DNA of 64,000 bases from positions 10,752 through 74,751 of the forward strand of contig JAYPVV010000005.1 in assembly GCA_038134805.1 (NCBI GenBank), in the 5' to 3' direction. How positions within the stretch are numbered: position 1 is the first letter of the stretch; the number at the start of each line of letters is the position of its first letter. The translations under genes were made by a program, and so were the position numbers. The notes under the pieces were generated by a model, which saw only the letters and a list, made by a program, of their open reading frames with translations, did no database searches and was not told the DNA's origin. Below, piece after piece: positions 9,312-19,451 of the stretch. The stretch comes from Marinoscillum sp. (GTDB taxonomy: Bacteria; Bacteroidota; Bacteroidia; Cytophagales; MED-G16).

Positions 9312-10441
9312 ATATTACTAATTTCTATTATTTTTTTTACGACATAATCTACTTCATCTAGAGTATTAAACTTACTGAAAGAGAACCTCACATTAACATG
9401 ACCGTCAATAGTTTTGATTTCATTTAATACATGAGACCCCGTATCTGATCCACTTGAGCAAGCGCTGCCTGCTGATGCCGCAATATTGTTTATATCCAAA
9501 TTAAATAAAAACATTTGCTGATCATCAATTTTTGGTATGCTAACATTTAAAACTGTAAACAAGCTTCTTTCAACATCTGCAGACAAACCATTAAACTGAA
9601 CACCAGGAATATTCTTAATTAAAGAATCTATCATGTGTTTTTTTAGACTAGTGATTTTCTTTTGGTGCTCATATAGGTTTTGGTGTGATAGCATTAGTGC
9701 TTCGGCTAATCCCACAATTCCATAAACATTTTCTGTGCCCCCTCTCATATTTCTTTCTTGAGCTCCGCCGTGAATAAAAGGAGATATCTTGTGTTTATTG
9801 TTTAAATATAAAAAACCTATTCCTTTTGGCCCATGAAACTTATGTGCAGAACCAACTATTCCGTGAATGTTAATGTCATTTAAATTCAAATTATAGTGGC
9901 CAACAGTCTGGACAGTATCTGAGTGAAAAATAACATTATATTGATCACATATTTTAGCTATTTCTTTAATATCATTTAAGTTTCCAATTTCATTGTTGCC
10001 ATGCATTATGGTAACTAATGAGTTATTGTTTTTTATAATTTTTTCTTCTAATTCTTTGAGATTAATTTGTCCCTTATCGTCAGTATGTAAGTATTCTATT
10101 CTAACATTTTGATTTTTTGAAAGATAATCACAGCAGTGGAGAACAGCATGATGTTCAATTTTTGTAGTTATTATAGTATCTATGTTTTTTTCTAAAACAG
10201 TATTTATAATGAACATATTATCGGCCTCTGTCCCTCCAGAAGTAAAAAATATTTCCCCCGGCTCACAAGAAAGAATATCAGCAACTATGGTTCTTGATTT
10301 TTCTATTGCCGATTTTATTTCTCTACCCCTCTTATGGATAGATGATGGGTTTCCGTACCCATTTTCCATGAAAAAAATCATTTTGTCCAATACACTTTTT
10401 TCTATTTGTGTGGTAGCTGCGTTATCGAAATACACATTCAT
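9308..10441 (-). CDS. iscS: Cysteine desulfurase (IscS/NifS type)
   Basis: YFDNAATT, GNPSS, SAHKFHGPKG (PLP Lys), GSACSSG (catalytic Cys). Confidence 0.93.
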   Translation of the reverse strand: MNVYFDNAATTQIEKSVLDKMIFFMENGYGNPSSIHKRGREIKSAIEKSRTIVADILSCEPGEIFFTSGGTEADNMFIINTVLEKNIDTIITTKIEHHAVLHCCDYLSKNQNVRIEYLHTDDKGQINLKELEEKIIKNNNSLVTIMHGNNEIGNLNDIKEIAKICDQYNVIFHSDTVQTVGHYNLNLNDINIHGIVGSAHKFHGPKGIGFLYLNNKHKISPFIHGGAQERNMRGGTENVYGIVGLAEALMLSHQNLYEHQKKITSLKKHMIDSLIKNIPGVQFNGLSADVERSLFTVLNVSIPKIDDQQMFLFNLDINNIAASAGSACSSGSDTGSHVLNEIKTIDGHVNVRFSFSKFNTLDEVDYVVKKIIEISNI

Positions 10442-11802
10442 ATCAGTTGTAATTTAGATATAATTTCCTCAGATAATTTTATTGCCTCCTCTTTAGTTTT
10501 TGATTCAGAAATGATTCTTATTACTGGTTCTGTATTAGATTTTCTTAGGTGTACCCATGAGTTGTGAAAATTTATTTTGATTCCATCTCTAAGATCAATT
10601 TTATACTCAGAATACTCTTCTGAAAAAAATCTTATTACTTGACTTATGCTTCCTTCAAATGATGTTTTAGATTTAACAATAAAAAATTCAGGCAAAGATC
10701 TTTTAAGATTACTTAATGATGATTTTCTTTCTGCGAGAAGAGATAATATCAGAGCTATGCCTATTAATGAATCTCTCCCATAATGGGTTTTAGGAAAAAT
10801 AACACCGCCATTACCCTCTCCCCCTATGATCGCCCCTTCCTCTCTCATTTTTTCTACCACATTAATCTCACCAACGGGAGATGAAAAATATCTACCACCA
10901 TACCTCTCTGTAATATTTTTTAGAGCCAAAGAAGAGGACATATTTGAGCATGTAACGGGCTTTTGAGTTTTTGAAATAATATATTCAGCAGCGGCAACAA
11001 GGGTGTATTCTTCACCAAAAGGATTTCCTTCTTCATCGATAAGACAAAGCCTATCAGCATCAGGATCAACAACTATACCTAAATCAAATTTTTCTTTTTT
11101 CATTGCGTCACAAATTTGAAATAGATGCTCGGGTAAAGGCTCTGGATTATGAGCAAAATTTCCACTAGGCTCACAGTTGATTCTTACTATATCATCTACT
11201 CCTAACTGAGATAAAAACTCCGGAATAGCTACTCCTCCAACAGAGTTAATTCCATCAACTATAACTTTGAATTTTTTATTTGCTATTTTATCTATTAAAA
11301 CTTCTTTCTGAGATAAAATCAAATTAATATGGTCTTTTAAAGCCTTTTCGTACTTAATAACCTGACCCTTAACTTCTGATGTAAAATGCTTTCTCTCTGT
11401 GTCTTTAATAATTAACTCTACTATTTTAGGAGAAAGAAATTCACCTAAATTGTTTAATAATTTTAATGCATTCCATTTCTCGTCATTATGACTCGCAGAA
11501 ACCATTATGCCACCAGAGGCTTTCATTTTTTTTGTGGAGATGCCAAGAGTCGGGGTGGTTACAAGACCAACATCAACAACGTCACATCCTAAACTGACTA
11601 AGGTTTTGGAAACTAATTGAGCAATATGAACTCCTGACTTTCTAGCATCTCTTCCTAAAACAACTAATTTTTTTTTATCTAGTTGGATTACCTCTTGAAA
11701 ATAAGCTATAGTGAATTGTTCTATGTCGTAATCTGATAATGACTCCCCCGGAATATTTTCTAGAGTTCCTCTTATTCCAGAGATAGATTTAATTAGTGTC
11801 AT
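10438..11802 (-). CDS. glmM: Phosphoglucosamine mutase / alpha-D-phosphohexomutase
   Basis: SISGIRG, SASHN, DPDADR, GGEGNGG, RKSNTEP. Confidence 0.9.
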   Translation of the reverse strand: MTLIKSISGIRGTLENIPGESLSDYDIEQFTIAYFQEVIQLDKKKLVVLGRDARKSGVHIAQLVSKTLVSLGCDVVDVGLVTTPTLGISTKKMKASGGIMVSASHNDEKWNALKLLNNLGEFLSPKIVELIIKDTERKHFTSEVKGQVIKYEKALKDHINLILSQKEVLIDKIANKKFKVIVDGINSVGGVAIPEFLSQLGVDDIVRINCEPSGNFAHNPEPLPEHLFQICDAMKKEKFDLGIVVDPDADRLCLIDEEGNPFGEEYTLVAAAEYIISKTQKPVTCSNMSSSLALKNITERYGGRYFSSPVGEINVVEKMREEGAIIGGEGNGGVIFPKTHYGRDSLIGIALILSLLAERKSSLSNLKRSLPEFFIVKSKTSFEGSISQVIRFFSEEYSEYKIDLRDGIKINFHNSWVHLRKSNTEPVIRIISESKTKEEAIKLSEEIISKLQLI

Positions 11803-11803
11803 T

Positions 11804-11998
11804 TTATTTTTTTTTACAATCTATTCCAGGCGTCACTGTTTTGCCGCAATAATTGCATTGTTCGCCTTCTGGATTAAGATATGGATTCTGAGAGGCGCAC
11901 GTTCCCTTAAACTCCCCACCTTTGATTAAAATTAACCTTAGAGACAAAGCAACAAAAAAAACCCCAACTAATAATATTGCTATTATAGTTTCTGTCAT
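11804..11998 (-). CDS. Small single-TM protein with four Cys (NqrM-like)
   Basis: N-terminal TM helix, then GTC..CxxC..C; perfect TAACTTTG -7 element at 12003-12010. Confidence 0.75.
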   Translation of the reverse strand: MTETIIAILLVGVFFVALSLRLILIKGGEFKGTCASQNPYLNPEGEQCNYCGKTVTPGIDCKKK

Positions 11999-12062
11999 GA
12001 GACAAAGTTATGAAATCAGTTTCTTATCTTTAATTATAATAAAAAATTCTTTTTATAATAAA

Positions 12063-12842
12063 GTGGAAAACTCCAGACTAGAAAAACTAAGAGATATTGT
12101 GGCTGAATTAAGAGAAAAGTGTCCTTGGGACAAAAAACAAACTTTTGGGTCACTAAGAAGCCTTACCATTGAAGAGGTGTATGAACTCTCGGACGCAATA
12201 ATTTTAGAAAATAAAAAAGATATTGAAGAAGAGGTCGGAGATCTTTTACTCCATGTGATGTTTTATGCTCAAATTGGCGAAGAAAATAATGATTTTACTA
12301 TTAACATAATAATTGACAATTTAATAAAAAAACTAAAAGAAAGACACCCACATATTTATGGGAATTTAAAGCTTGATACTGCTAAAGAGGTTGAGAAAAA
12401 CTGGGAAGAGATCAAACAAAAAAAAAGAAAATCAAAAAAAGTATTAGATGGAATAACAGAAAACACCCCTCCTCTAATTAAAGCATTAAGAATTCAAAAA
12501 AAAGTTAAAAACTTTGGTTTTGATTGGGAAAACAGCAATCAGGTTTTAAAAAAAATAGATGAGGAGCTTTTGGAATTAAAAGAGGAGTTAAAAAAAAGAA
12601 ACAACACAGACAAAATTGAAAATGAAATTGGCGACTTAATTTTTTCGGTTCTAAATCTTGCAAGATTTATAGATATTGATCCTGAAAAATCACTTGAAAA
12701 AACAAATAAAAAGTTTATTAGAAGGTTTAACATCATGGAATCAATGATTACAAAAGAAAAAAAATCTTTAAATAAAATGTCTCTTAAGCAGATGGATGTT
12801 TACTGGGAAAAAGCAAAAAAAAATGAAGAAAGAAATAAATAA
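12063..12842 (+). CDS. mazG: Nucleoside triphosphate pyrophosphohydrolase MazG
   Basis: CPWDKKQT, EEVYE, EEVGDLL, RHPHIY, second EIGDL domain; GTG 12063 more plausible than the track start, which overlaps the divergent gene. Confidence 0.93.
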   Translation: MENSRLEKLRDIVAELREKCPWDKKQTFGSLRSLTIEEVYELSDAIILENKKDIEEEVGDLLLHVMFYAQIGEENNDFTINIIIDNLIKKLKERHPHIYGNLKLDTAKEVEKNWEEIKQKKRKSKKVLDGITENTPPLIKALRIQKKVKNFGFDWENSNQVLKKIDEELLELKEELKKRNNTDKIENEIGDLIFSVLNLARFIDIDPEKSLEKTNKKFIRRFNIMESMITKEKKSLNKMSLKQMDVYWEKAKKNEERNK

Positions 12843-13839
12843 AAAAATTGAAAATCACACATATACAGTAGATGAAAAACAAAACACTACAAGGGTTGAT
12901 ATTTTTTTATTTGATAAGATGCCGAATGTTACAAGAAACAAAATACAAGAGGGAATCAAAAACGGAAAAGTAGAGGTTAATCAGAAAAAAGTTAAACCAA
13001 GCTATAAGGTTAAACCTGGTGATAAAATTCAAATAGAGCTAGCTAGAAGCATTAGGCCTGATGAAATAAAGGCTGAAAAAATTGATCTGGATATAATATA
13101 TGAAGATATAGACCTTTTGATAGTAAACAAACCAGCAGGGATGGTGGTTCATCCTGCCCATGAAAATTGGGAAGGCACATTAGTTAATGCCTTAGTTTTT
13201 CATTTTAAAAACCTTCCTGAAATGGATGGAAATATAGGTCGGCCTGGCTTGGTTCATAGAATAGATAAAGACACCTCAGGTCTTTTGGTTATAGCTAAAA
13301 CGGACCTTGCGATGGATAGTCTTGCACAACAATTTAAAAACCACACTATAAAAAGAAATTATCAAGCAATTATATGGGGGGTTCCAAATGAAAAAGAAGG
13401 AACTATTAATGTGAATTTAAGAAGATCGCTGAAAGATAGAAGAATAGTTGAGGGGTATGCTCAAAATACAGTCGGAAAAAAAGCAATAACACATTATAAG
13501 GTTTTAGAACGCATTCACTATCTCTCACTAATTGAGTGTACGCTTGAAACAGGAAGGACACACCAAATACGAGCACACATGAAGCATATTGGTCATCCAA
13601 TTTTTTGTGATCTATCATATGGGGGTAAGCTTATTGTGAAGGGGAATAGATTTTCTAGCTATAAAAAATTTGTTGAGAATAGTTTTAAACTTATTAATCG
13701 CCAAGCATTACACGCAAAAAGTTTAGGCTTTATCCACCCAACAACAAAAAAACAATTGTTTTTTGAGTCACCTCTACCAGAGGATATGAATAAACTGCTA
13801 AATAAATGGAGAAAATATGAGTTGCCTAAAGGACACTAA
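12823..13839 (+). CDS. rluD: RluA/RluD-family 23S rRNA pseudouridine synthase
   Basis: S4 domain, NKPAGMVVHP, VHRIDKDTSGL, LETGRTHQIR, RQALHA. Confidence 0.92.
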   Translation: MKKEINKKIENHTYTVDEKQNTTRVDIFLFDKMPNVTRNKIQEGIKNGKVEVNQKKVKPSYKVKPGDKIQIELARSIRPDEIKAEKIDLDIIYEDIDLLIVNKPAGMVVHPAHENWEGTLVNALVFHFKNLPEMDGNIGRPGLVHRIDKDTSGLLVIAKTDLAMDSLAQQFKNHTIKRNYQAIIWGVPNEKEGTINVNLRRSLKDRRIVEGYAQNTVGKKAITHYKVLERIHYLSLIECTLETGRTHQIRAHMKHIGHPIFCDLSYGGKLIVKGNRFSSYKKFVENSFKLINRQALHAKSLGFIHPTTKKQLFFESPLPEDMNKLLNKWRKYELPKGH

Positions 13840-14900
13840 ATTATTTTAGGATAACTGCCTAAAAGTTTAATGTTTCTGTTATATCGTTTATAAATAATTT
13901 GAAAATTACTATTTAAATAGTGACCTTCGAAATCAATATAAAAAATATATTTAAAATCTGTTCCTTTTCTAGCCGGCCTACTTTCTAATTTTGTAAGGTT
14001 GATTTTAGCATCATGAAATTCTTGCAAAAACTCAGCTAATACACCGTGGCCATCCGAAAGGTTTACTAAAATAGAGGTTTTGTCAGTGTCAGATTTCTCA
14101 TGATTTTGATCTAATGAAAGGATAACAAATCTTGTGTGGTTATCCTTAGAATCTTCTATTTTATCATATAAAATTGGCACCCCTCTTTGAACTGCAGCAA
14201 ACCTTGAGCAGATTGCAGCCGAGTCGTTTTGAGAATCAGCATAATTAACTGCGCCACTAGTACTGTTTACTGGTATGCATTTGATATCATGGGGGAAATA
14301 ATTCTCAATAAACTCCCTACATTGTTTGAACGCTATGTCTTTTGAATATATTTTTTTTATTTTATTAATTTCTTTTGCTCTTGTCGCGAAAGAAAAACTT
14401 ATTGATTGAGTCAACTCAGATATAATTTTCACATTTGAAGAACCTAGTAGATCAATTGTTTCTTGAACTATTCCCTCTTGATTGTTTTCTAATGGGATAA
14501 TTCCGTATTTTACTTTTTTCGACTCTACTGATTCAAAAACTGATTTTATAGAATTCAAAGAGAGGTACTTAGCTTGTGAACCAAAGTTGCTCTCTGCGGC
14601 CTGATGGGTAAAACTTCCTTCGGGCCCAAGATAGGATATTCTTTCCGGAGCTTCTATGTTTCTTGCTGCGGCAAAAACTTCTTGAAAAATCGCCTTTATT
14701 GATTCTTTATTTAATTTTCCATTAGAGGTCTTCGTTAACCTTTCTATTATCTCTCTTTCTCTCTCTGGTTTGTAAATAGATTCATTTGATTCAGACTTAA
14801 TAATTCCAATCTCTTGAACGATGTCCATCCGCTCATTAAGAAGATTTAAAAGAGCCGCGTCAATTTTGTCTATTTTTGTTCTTAAGTCTTTAATGTTCAT
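13836..14900 (-). CDS. pheA: Bifunctional chorismate mutase / prephenate dehydratase
   Basis: N-terminal AroQ-type CM (LRTKIDKID..LLNER), YLGPEGSFTH, NHTRF, ACT domain LTKLESRP. Confidence 0.93.
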   Translation of the reverse strand: MNIKDLRTKIDKIDAALLNLLNERMDIVQEIGIIKSESNESIYKPEREREIIERLTKTSNGKLNKESIKAIFQEVFAAARNIEAPERISYLGPEGSFTHQAAESNFGSQAKYLSLNSIKSVFESVESKKVKYGIIPLENNQEGIVQETIDLLGSSNVKIISELTQSISFSFATRAKEINKIKKIYSKDIAFKQCREFIENYFPHDIKCIPVNSTSGAVNYADSQNDSAAICSRFAAVQRGVPILYDKIEDSKDNHTRFVILSLDQNHEKSDTDKTSILVNLSDGHGVLAEFLQEFHDAKINLTKLESRPARKGTDFKYIFYIDFEGHYLNSNFQIIYKRYNRNIKLLGSYPKII

Positions 14901-14972
14901 TACTTTTATACCAGGATTTACTTCATAAAAGAACTATTTATCCTGTAATATTAATCATTTATTAATAGGATT

Positions 14973-16232
14973 ATGAGAGACACAAAATTATTTGATTTAA
15001 TTGAAAAAGAAAAGGTTAGACAAACTGAAGGAATCGAATTAATTGCTTCAGAAAATTACGCGTCTACTGAGGTAATGGAAGCTGCAGGCAGCATTTTAAC
15101 TAACAAATACGCTGAGGGTCTGCCCGGAAAAAGATATTACGGAGGTTGTAAGGTTATTGACGAGATTGAAGATTTATGCAGAGAGAGACTTAAGAAGCTC
15201 TTCGATGCGTCTTGGGTTAATGTTCAGCCCCATTCTGGCGCTCAGGCAAACGCAGCGGTAATGTTAGCTGTATTACAGCCTGGTGATAAAATTCTAGGAT
15301 TTGATTTAGCACATGGAGGTCATCTGACTCACGGATCCCCCGTCAATTATTCTGGTAAAATTTATAGGCCGTTTTTTTATGGTGTCAAAAAAGAAAGTGG
15401 TTTAATTGACTACGAAAGTTTAGAAAAAATTGCAAAAAAAGAAAAGCCAAAATTAATAATTTGTGGGGCTTCCTCTTACAGTAGAGATTGGGATTACAAA
15501 AAAATAAGAGAAGTGGCGGATTCTGTAGGGGCTTTGGTATTAGCTGATATAGCTCACCCTTCTGGGTTAATTTCAAGAGGGCTGCTGAACGATCCCCTTG
15601 ATTTTTGTCATATAGTTACTTCCACAACCCATAAAACATTAAGAGGCCCTAGAGGAGGGATTATTATGATGAGGGAAGACTTTGAAAATCCTTTCGGAAT
15701 TAAAACCCCTAAAGGCACTGTTAGAACAATGGCGTCTCTTCTAGACTCAGGAGTTTTCCCAGGAACGCAGGGCGGGCCATTGGAGCATATCATTGGTGCG
15801 AAAGCGGTGGCTTTTAAGGAGGCTTTATCTGAAAAATATTTTAGTTATGTAGTACAGGTCAAAAAAAATGCCGATGTTATGGCTAAGGAGTTTATTAGGA
15901 GAGGATATAATTTAATTTCAAACGGGACGGAAAATCATTTAATGTTAATTGATTTAAGAAATAAAGGATTAACTGGCAAAGCTGCCGAGGAAAACCTAGG
16001 AAATGCAGACATTACAATTAACAAGAACATGGTTCCATTTGATACAGAGTCTCCTTTTGTTACCTCTGGAATGAGAATTGGAACTGCTGCAATAACAACT
16101 CGAGGAATGGTTGAAAAAGACATGGTTAAAGTTGTTGATTATATTGATAGAGTTCTTACACAACCAAAAGAAATTAATTCAGTACGAGAAGAAATTAATT
16201 CATGGGCAACTGGTTTCCCTCTCCACAAATAA
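14973..16232 (+). CDS. glyA: Serine hydroxymethyltransferase
   Basis: [40 protein letters not shown]. Confidence 0.98.
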   Translation: MRDTKLFDLIEKEKVRQTEGIELIASENYASTEVMEAAGSILTNKYAEGLPGKRYYGGCKVIDEIEDLCRERLKKLFDASWVNVQPHSGAQANAAVMLAVLQPGDKILGFDLAHGGHLTHGSPVNYSGKIYRPFFYGVKKESGLIDYESLEKIAKKEKPKLIICGASSYSRDWDYKKIREVADSVGALVLADIAHPSGLISRGLLNDPLDFCHIVTSTTHKTLRGPRGGIIMMREDFENPFGIKTPKGTVRTMASLLDSGVFPGTQGGPLEHIIGAKAVAFKEALSEKYFSYVVQVKKNADVMAKEFIRRGYNLISNGTENHLMLIDLRNKGLTGKAAEENLGNADITINKNMVPFDTESPFVTSGMRIGTAAITTRGMVEKDMVKVVDYIDRVLTQPKEINSVREEINSWATGFPLHK

Positions 16233-17045
16233 ATGAGAAAAGAAAAAGAAATGTCATTTATTGACCATCTCGAAGAACTGAGGTGGCATCTTATTCGCTC
16301 TATATTAGCAATTGTTGTCTTTGCTATAATTGCGTTTGTTTCTAAAGAGATTGTTTTTGGAATTATTTTGCTTGGTCCCTCTAAAAGTGATTTTTGGACT
16401 TACCGAGCTTTTTGTGAATTAGGACAAAAAATTGGTGTTTCATCCTTTTGTATTGATGAGCTTCCATTTATTATACAATCAAGACAGATGGCTGGTCAAT
16501 TTATGATGCATATCTCCTCTTCTTTTGTAATAGGATTAATTTTTGCTTTTCCTTATGCGTTCTGGGAGTTTTGGAGGTTTATTTCTCCTGGGCTATACTC
16601 TAATGAAAAAAAAGCGGCAAAGGGAGCCACTTTTTATGTCTCTTTCCTTTTTTTTATAGGAATAATGTTTGGTTATTTTGTTCTTACACCTATATCTATA
16701 AATTTTTTGGCCAATTATCAAATTGACCCATCCATTTTAAATGAATTTGACATAATATCTTATGTGTCTACTGTTACAACCTTAGTTTTAGCTTCAGGTT
16801 TACTATTTCAGCTCCCGATGGTAATCTTTTTTTTAACAAAAGCAGGCATAACAAATAAAACTATGTTAAAAAACTACAGAAGACATGCTATAGTTGTAAT
16901 TTTAATTTTTGGAGCAATGCTAACGCCCCCTGACCCATTTAGTCAGATTGTAATGGCATTACCTTTAATTGGATTGTATGAAATTAGTATAATAATTGCT
17001 GGGTTTGTTAAAAAAAAACAAAATGAAAATAATAGTAGGATCTGA
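16233..17045 (+). CDS. tatC: Twin-arginine translocase subunit TatC
   Basis: HLEELR, FISPGLY..E, FQLP, TPPDPFSQ. Confidence 0.96.
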   Translation: MRKEKEMSFIDHLEELRWHLIRSILAIVVFAIIAFVSKEIVFGIILLGPSKSDFWTYRAFCELGQKIGVSSFCIDELPFIIQSRQMAGQFMMHISSSFVIGLIFAFPYAFWEFWRFISPGLYSNEKKAAKGATFYVSFLFFIGIMFGYFVLTPISINFLANYQIDPSILNEFDIISYVSTVTTLVLASGLLFQLPMVIFFLTKAGITNKTMLKNYRRHAIVVILIFGAMLTPPDPFSQIVMALPLIGLYEISIIIAGFVKKKQNENNSRI

Positions 17046-17454
17046 TCACGCGGGATATAATCACAAAGTGGCGTTATTAAGTGTTATAAAAAAGATGGGG
17101 CTTGATTATATGGACTGCGGCTGCTATGATGACTCATCTGTAGACTATCCAGATTATGCTCATGTTGTCTCTAAGGCTGTAGTAAAAGATAAAAAAAGCA
17201 TAGGTGTTTTAATCTGTGGCAGTGCTAATGGAGTGGCAATGGCGGCAAATAAACATGTTGGGATTAGGGCGGCAATTTGTTGGAACAAATCCATCTCAAA
17301 GCTTTCGAGAACACATAATGACTCAAATATCTTGTGTGTTCCTGCAAGGTTTATTTCTACGCCTCAACTAGAAGAAATATTTAAAGTATTTATTTCTTCT
17401 GAATTTCATGGGGGAAGACACGAAAAAAGGGTAAAAAAAATAGATTGTAATTGA
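17023..17454 (+). CDS. rpiB: Ribose-5-phosphate isomerase B
   Basis: GSDHAG, VDYPDY, ICGSANG, RTHNDSN, GGRHEKRV; start ATG 17023. Confidence 0.93.
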   Translation: MKIIVGSDHAGYNHKVALLSVIKKMGLDYMDCGCYDDSSVDYPDYAHVVSKAVVKDKKSIGVLICGSANGVAMAANKHVGIRAAICWNKSISKLSRTHNDSNILCVPARFISTPQLEEIFKVFISSEFHGGRHEKRVKKIDCN

Positions 17455-17810
17455 AAAGGCAAAGAATAGAAAAACACGAAAGTTTAATTAATCAGGTCAT
17501 AAATGAGTACCTAATAAAAGAAGGTCGCTCTTTCCTCAACAATGAGTTTATTACAATAATGGGAATAAAACTTTCTTCAGATTTAAGCGTGGCTCTTATT
17601 TACGTGAGTGCCTTAAACAATGTCAAGTCTGATTTTGTTGAACAAAAACTCATGGAGAAAAAACATGATATTAAACAGTACTTAGCTAGATCAATAGGAA
17701 AAAAAATCAGAAAAATTCCAGAAATTAAATTTATAATTGACAACTCTGAACATGAAGCGTCAAGAATAAACCAAATTATTTCTAACCTTAAAATACCTCC
17801 AAAAAAATAG
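17451..17810 (+). CDS. rbfA: Ribosome-binding factor A
   Basis: SSDLSVA.IYVS and IRKIPEIKF..D.S motifs; rbfA-lolE synteny. Confidence 0.85.
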   Translation: MKRQRIEKHESLINQVINEYLIKEGRSFLNNEFITIMGIKLSSDLSVALIYVSALNNVKSDFVEQKLMEKKHDIKQYLARSIGKKIRKIPEIKFIIDNSEHEASRINQIISNLKIPPKK

Positions 17811-17814
17811 ATTA

Positions 17815-19050
17815 ATGTTTTCTATTAAAGCCGCTACTCGTTTAATTTTTTCTAAAAAGAAAAAAACATTTATAAATTTTTTATCCATAATTTCAATATC
17901 AACCCTAACCATTGGCGCCACAGCAATGATTGTTGTTTTATCTGTTTATAATGGACTAGAAAATACACTTAAATCTGTTTATAATGACTTTGATCCCGAA
18001 ATCAAGATTGTGAAAAAAGAAAATATTTTTTTTGAAAATGTCCTTATAAATAAAATCCGATCTGTAAAAAATGTTTCTGCAGTAACTAGCGTTTTGGAGA
18101 ACAAAGTAATTCTTCAAAATAAAGAAAAAGAAGTCGTTGCCAACTTAAAAGGAGTTGGAGAAAATTTTATTGACCAGAAAAGAATTATCAATAATATGAC
18201 TGAAGGTGAGTTTTTTTTTAATCAAAATAAACTTGATTATGCTGTTTTTGGAAGGGGCATAAAGTATTCTTTAGGAATAACTTCAGATACTGACTTTCAA
18301 AACATAAAAGTTTATTCTTTAAACAATACAGGGAGACTAAACCCAATGCTTTTACAACAAAATTTATTTAATCAAAAAAACCTTAAAGTTGCAGGAGTAT
18401 TTGCAATTGAAAACAGCTTTGATAACTCATATGTTTTTAGCTCATTATTATTTGCTCAAGATCTCTTCAATAAAAAAAACATGGTATCATCATATGAAGT
18501 TAAACTCGTTGATGAATCTAAAATTATAAGAACTAAAGAAGAGCTGATGACCCTACTTGGGAATGAGTATTCTGTTCTCTCAAACATTGAACAGAGAGAG
18601 GCCCTTTTTAAAATTCTAGGAACAGAAAAATTTGTTGTTTATTTGGTTTTTCTTGCTATACTTTTTTTAAGCTCAATTAATATATTCTTTTTATTAATAA
18701 TGATGGGCGTGCAAAAAAGAAAAGATATTGCAATAATGTATTCATTCGGAGCAAAGAGATTTCAAATAAGAAATATTTTTATTTTCCAAGGATTAATAAT
18801 TGGGCTAACCAGCGGCATCTTTGGTTCTTTTTTTGGCTGGGTGATCACATGGACACAAAAAACATTTGGGGTTATTCAGATAGAAATGACAAGCTCTCTA
18901 ATTACAGCATACCCAGTAGATTTTTTATTAAAAGATCTTTTTAATGTATTTATTATGGTTATCGTCGTTTCTTTATTAGCTTCAGTTATTCCAAGTATTA
19001 TATCAACTTCAAAATATAATTTTAGTAATATTAACAAATCGTTTGTATGA
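17815..19050 (+). CDS. LolC/E / FtsX-like ABC permease
   Basis: N-terminal TM with VVLSVYNG, large periplasmic domain, three C-terminal TMs, IRNIFIFQG, AYPV. Confidence 0.85.
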   Translation: MFSIKAATRLIFSKKKKTFINFLSIISISTLTIGATAMIVVLSVYNGLENTLKSVYNDFDPEIKIVKKENIFFENVLINKIRSVKNVSAVTSVLENKVILQNKEKEVVANLKGVGENFIDQKRIINNMTEGEFFFNQNKLDYAVFGRGIKYSLGITSDTDFQNIKVYSLNNTGRLNPMLLQQNLFNQKNLKVAGVFAIENSFDNSYVFSSLLFAQDLFNKKNMVSSYEVKLVDESKIIRTKEELMTLLGNEYSVLSNIEQREALFKILGTEKFVVYLVFLAILFLSSINIFFLLIMMGVQKRKDIAIMYSFGAKRFQIRNIFIFQGLIIGLTSGIFGSFFGWVITWTQKTFGVIQIEMTSSLITAYPVDFLLKDLFNVFIMVIVVSLLASVIPSIISTSKYNFSNINKSFV

Positions 19051-19451
19051 AATTACAAGTTGGAGATTGTCATAGAGAAGAGTTTATTATAACCCAAGAG
19101 ATGGTTAATAAATTTGCAGAGTTAAGTGGAGACAACAATCCACTTCATTTAGACAAAGACTTTGCTTCTAAAACTAGATTTAAGAGACCTATCGTTCATG
19201 GTCTTTTTTCAGTTACCTCGTTCGGAAAAATAATGGGAACAAAATTTCCAGGATACGGTTCGGTCCATGTTGGACAAAACCTAAGTTTTAAAAGACCTCT
19301 TTACCCAGACAAAAAATATGTAGTCTATATAGAGCTTGTAAAAATTATTAAAGAAAAACATTTTGGTGTTTTTAAAACTCAAATTTTTGATTTGGAAAAC
19401 AATCTAATTGTTGACGGAACGGGCACTGCCCTTCACGAAGAAAAATTATAA
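19047..19451 (+). CDS. MaoC-family (R)-enoyl-CoA hydratase
   Basis: FAELSGDNNPLHLD..FA, IVHGL, FPG.G. Confidence 0.9.
   Translation: MKLQVGDCHREEFIITQEMVNKFAELSGDNNPLHLDKDFASKTRFKRPIVHGLFSVTSFGKIMGTKFPGYGSVHVGQNLSFKRPLYPDKKYVVYIELVKIIKEKHFGVFKTQIFDLENNLIVDGTGTALHEEKL

Noticed and set aside
11922-12062. Long N-terminal extension of mazG given by the ORF track
   Set aside because: Overlaps the divergent small gene and its promoter; MazG-like sequence begins near GTG 12063
12063-12842. MazG as an anti-phage or toxin-antitoxin component
   Set aside because: Canonical two-domain housekeeping MazG next to rluD; no defence context
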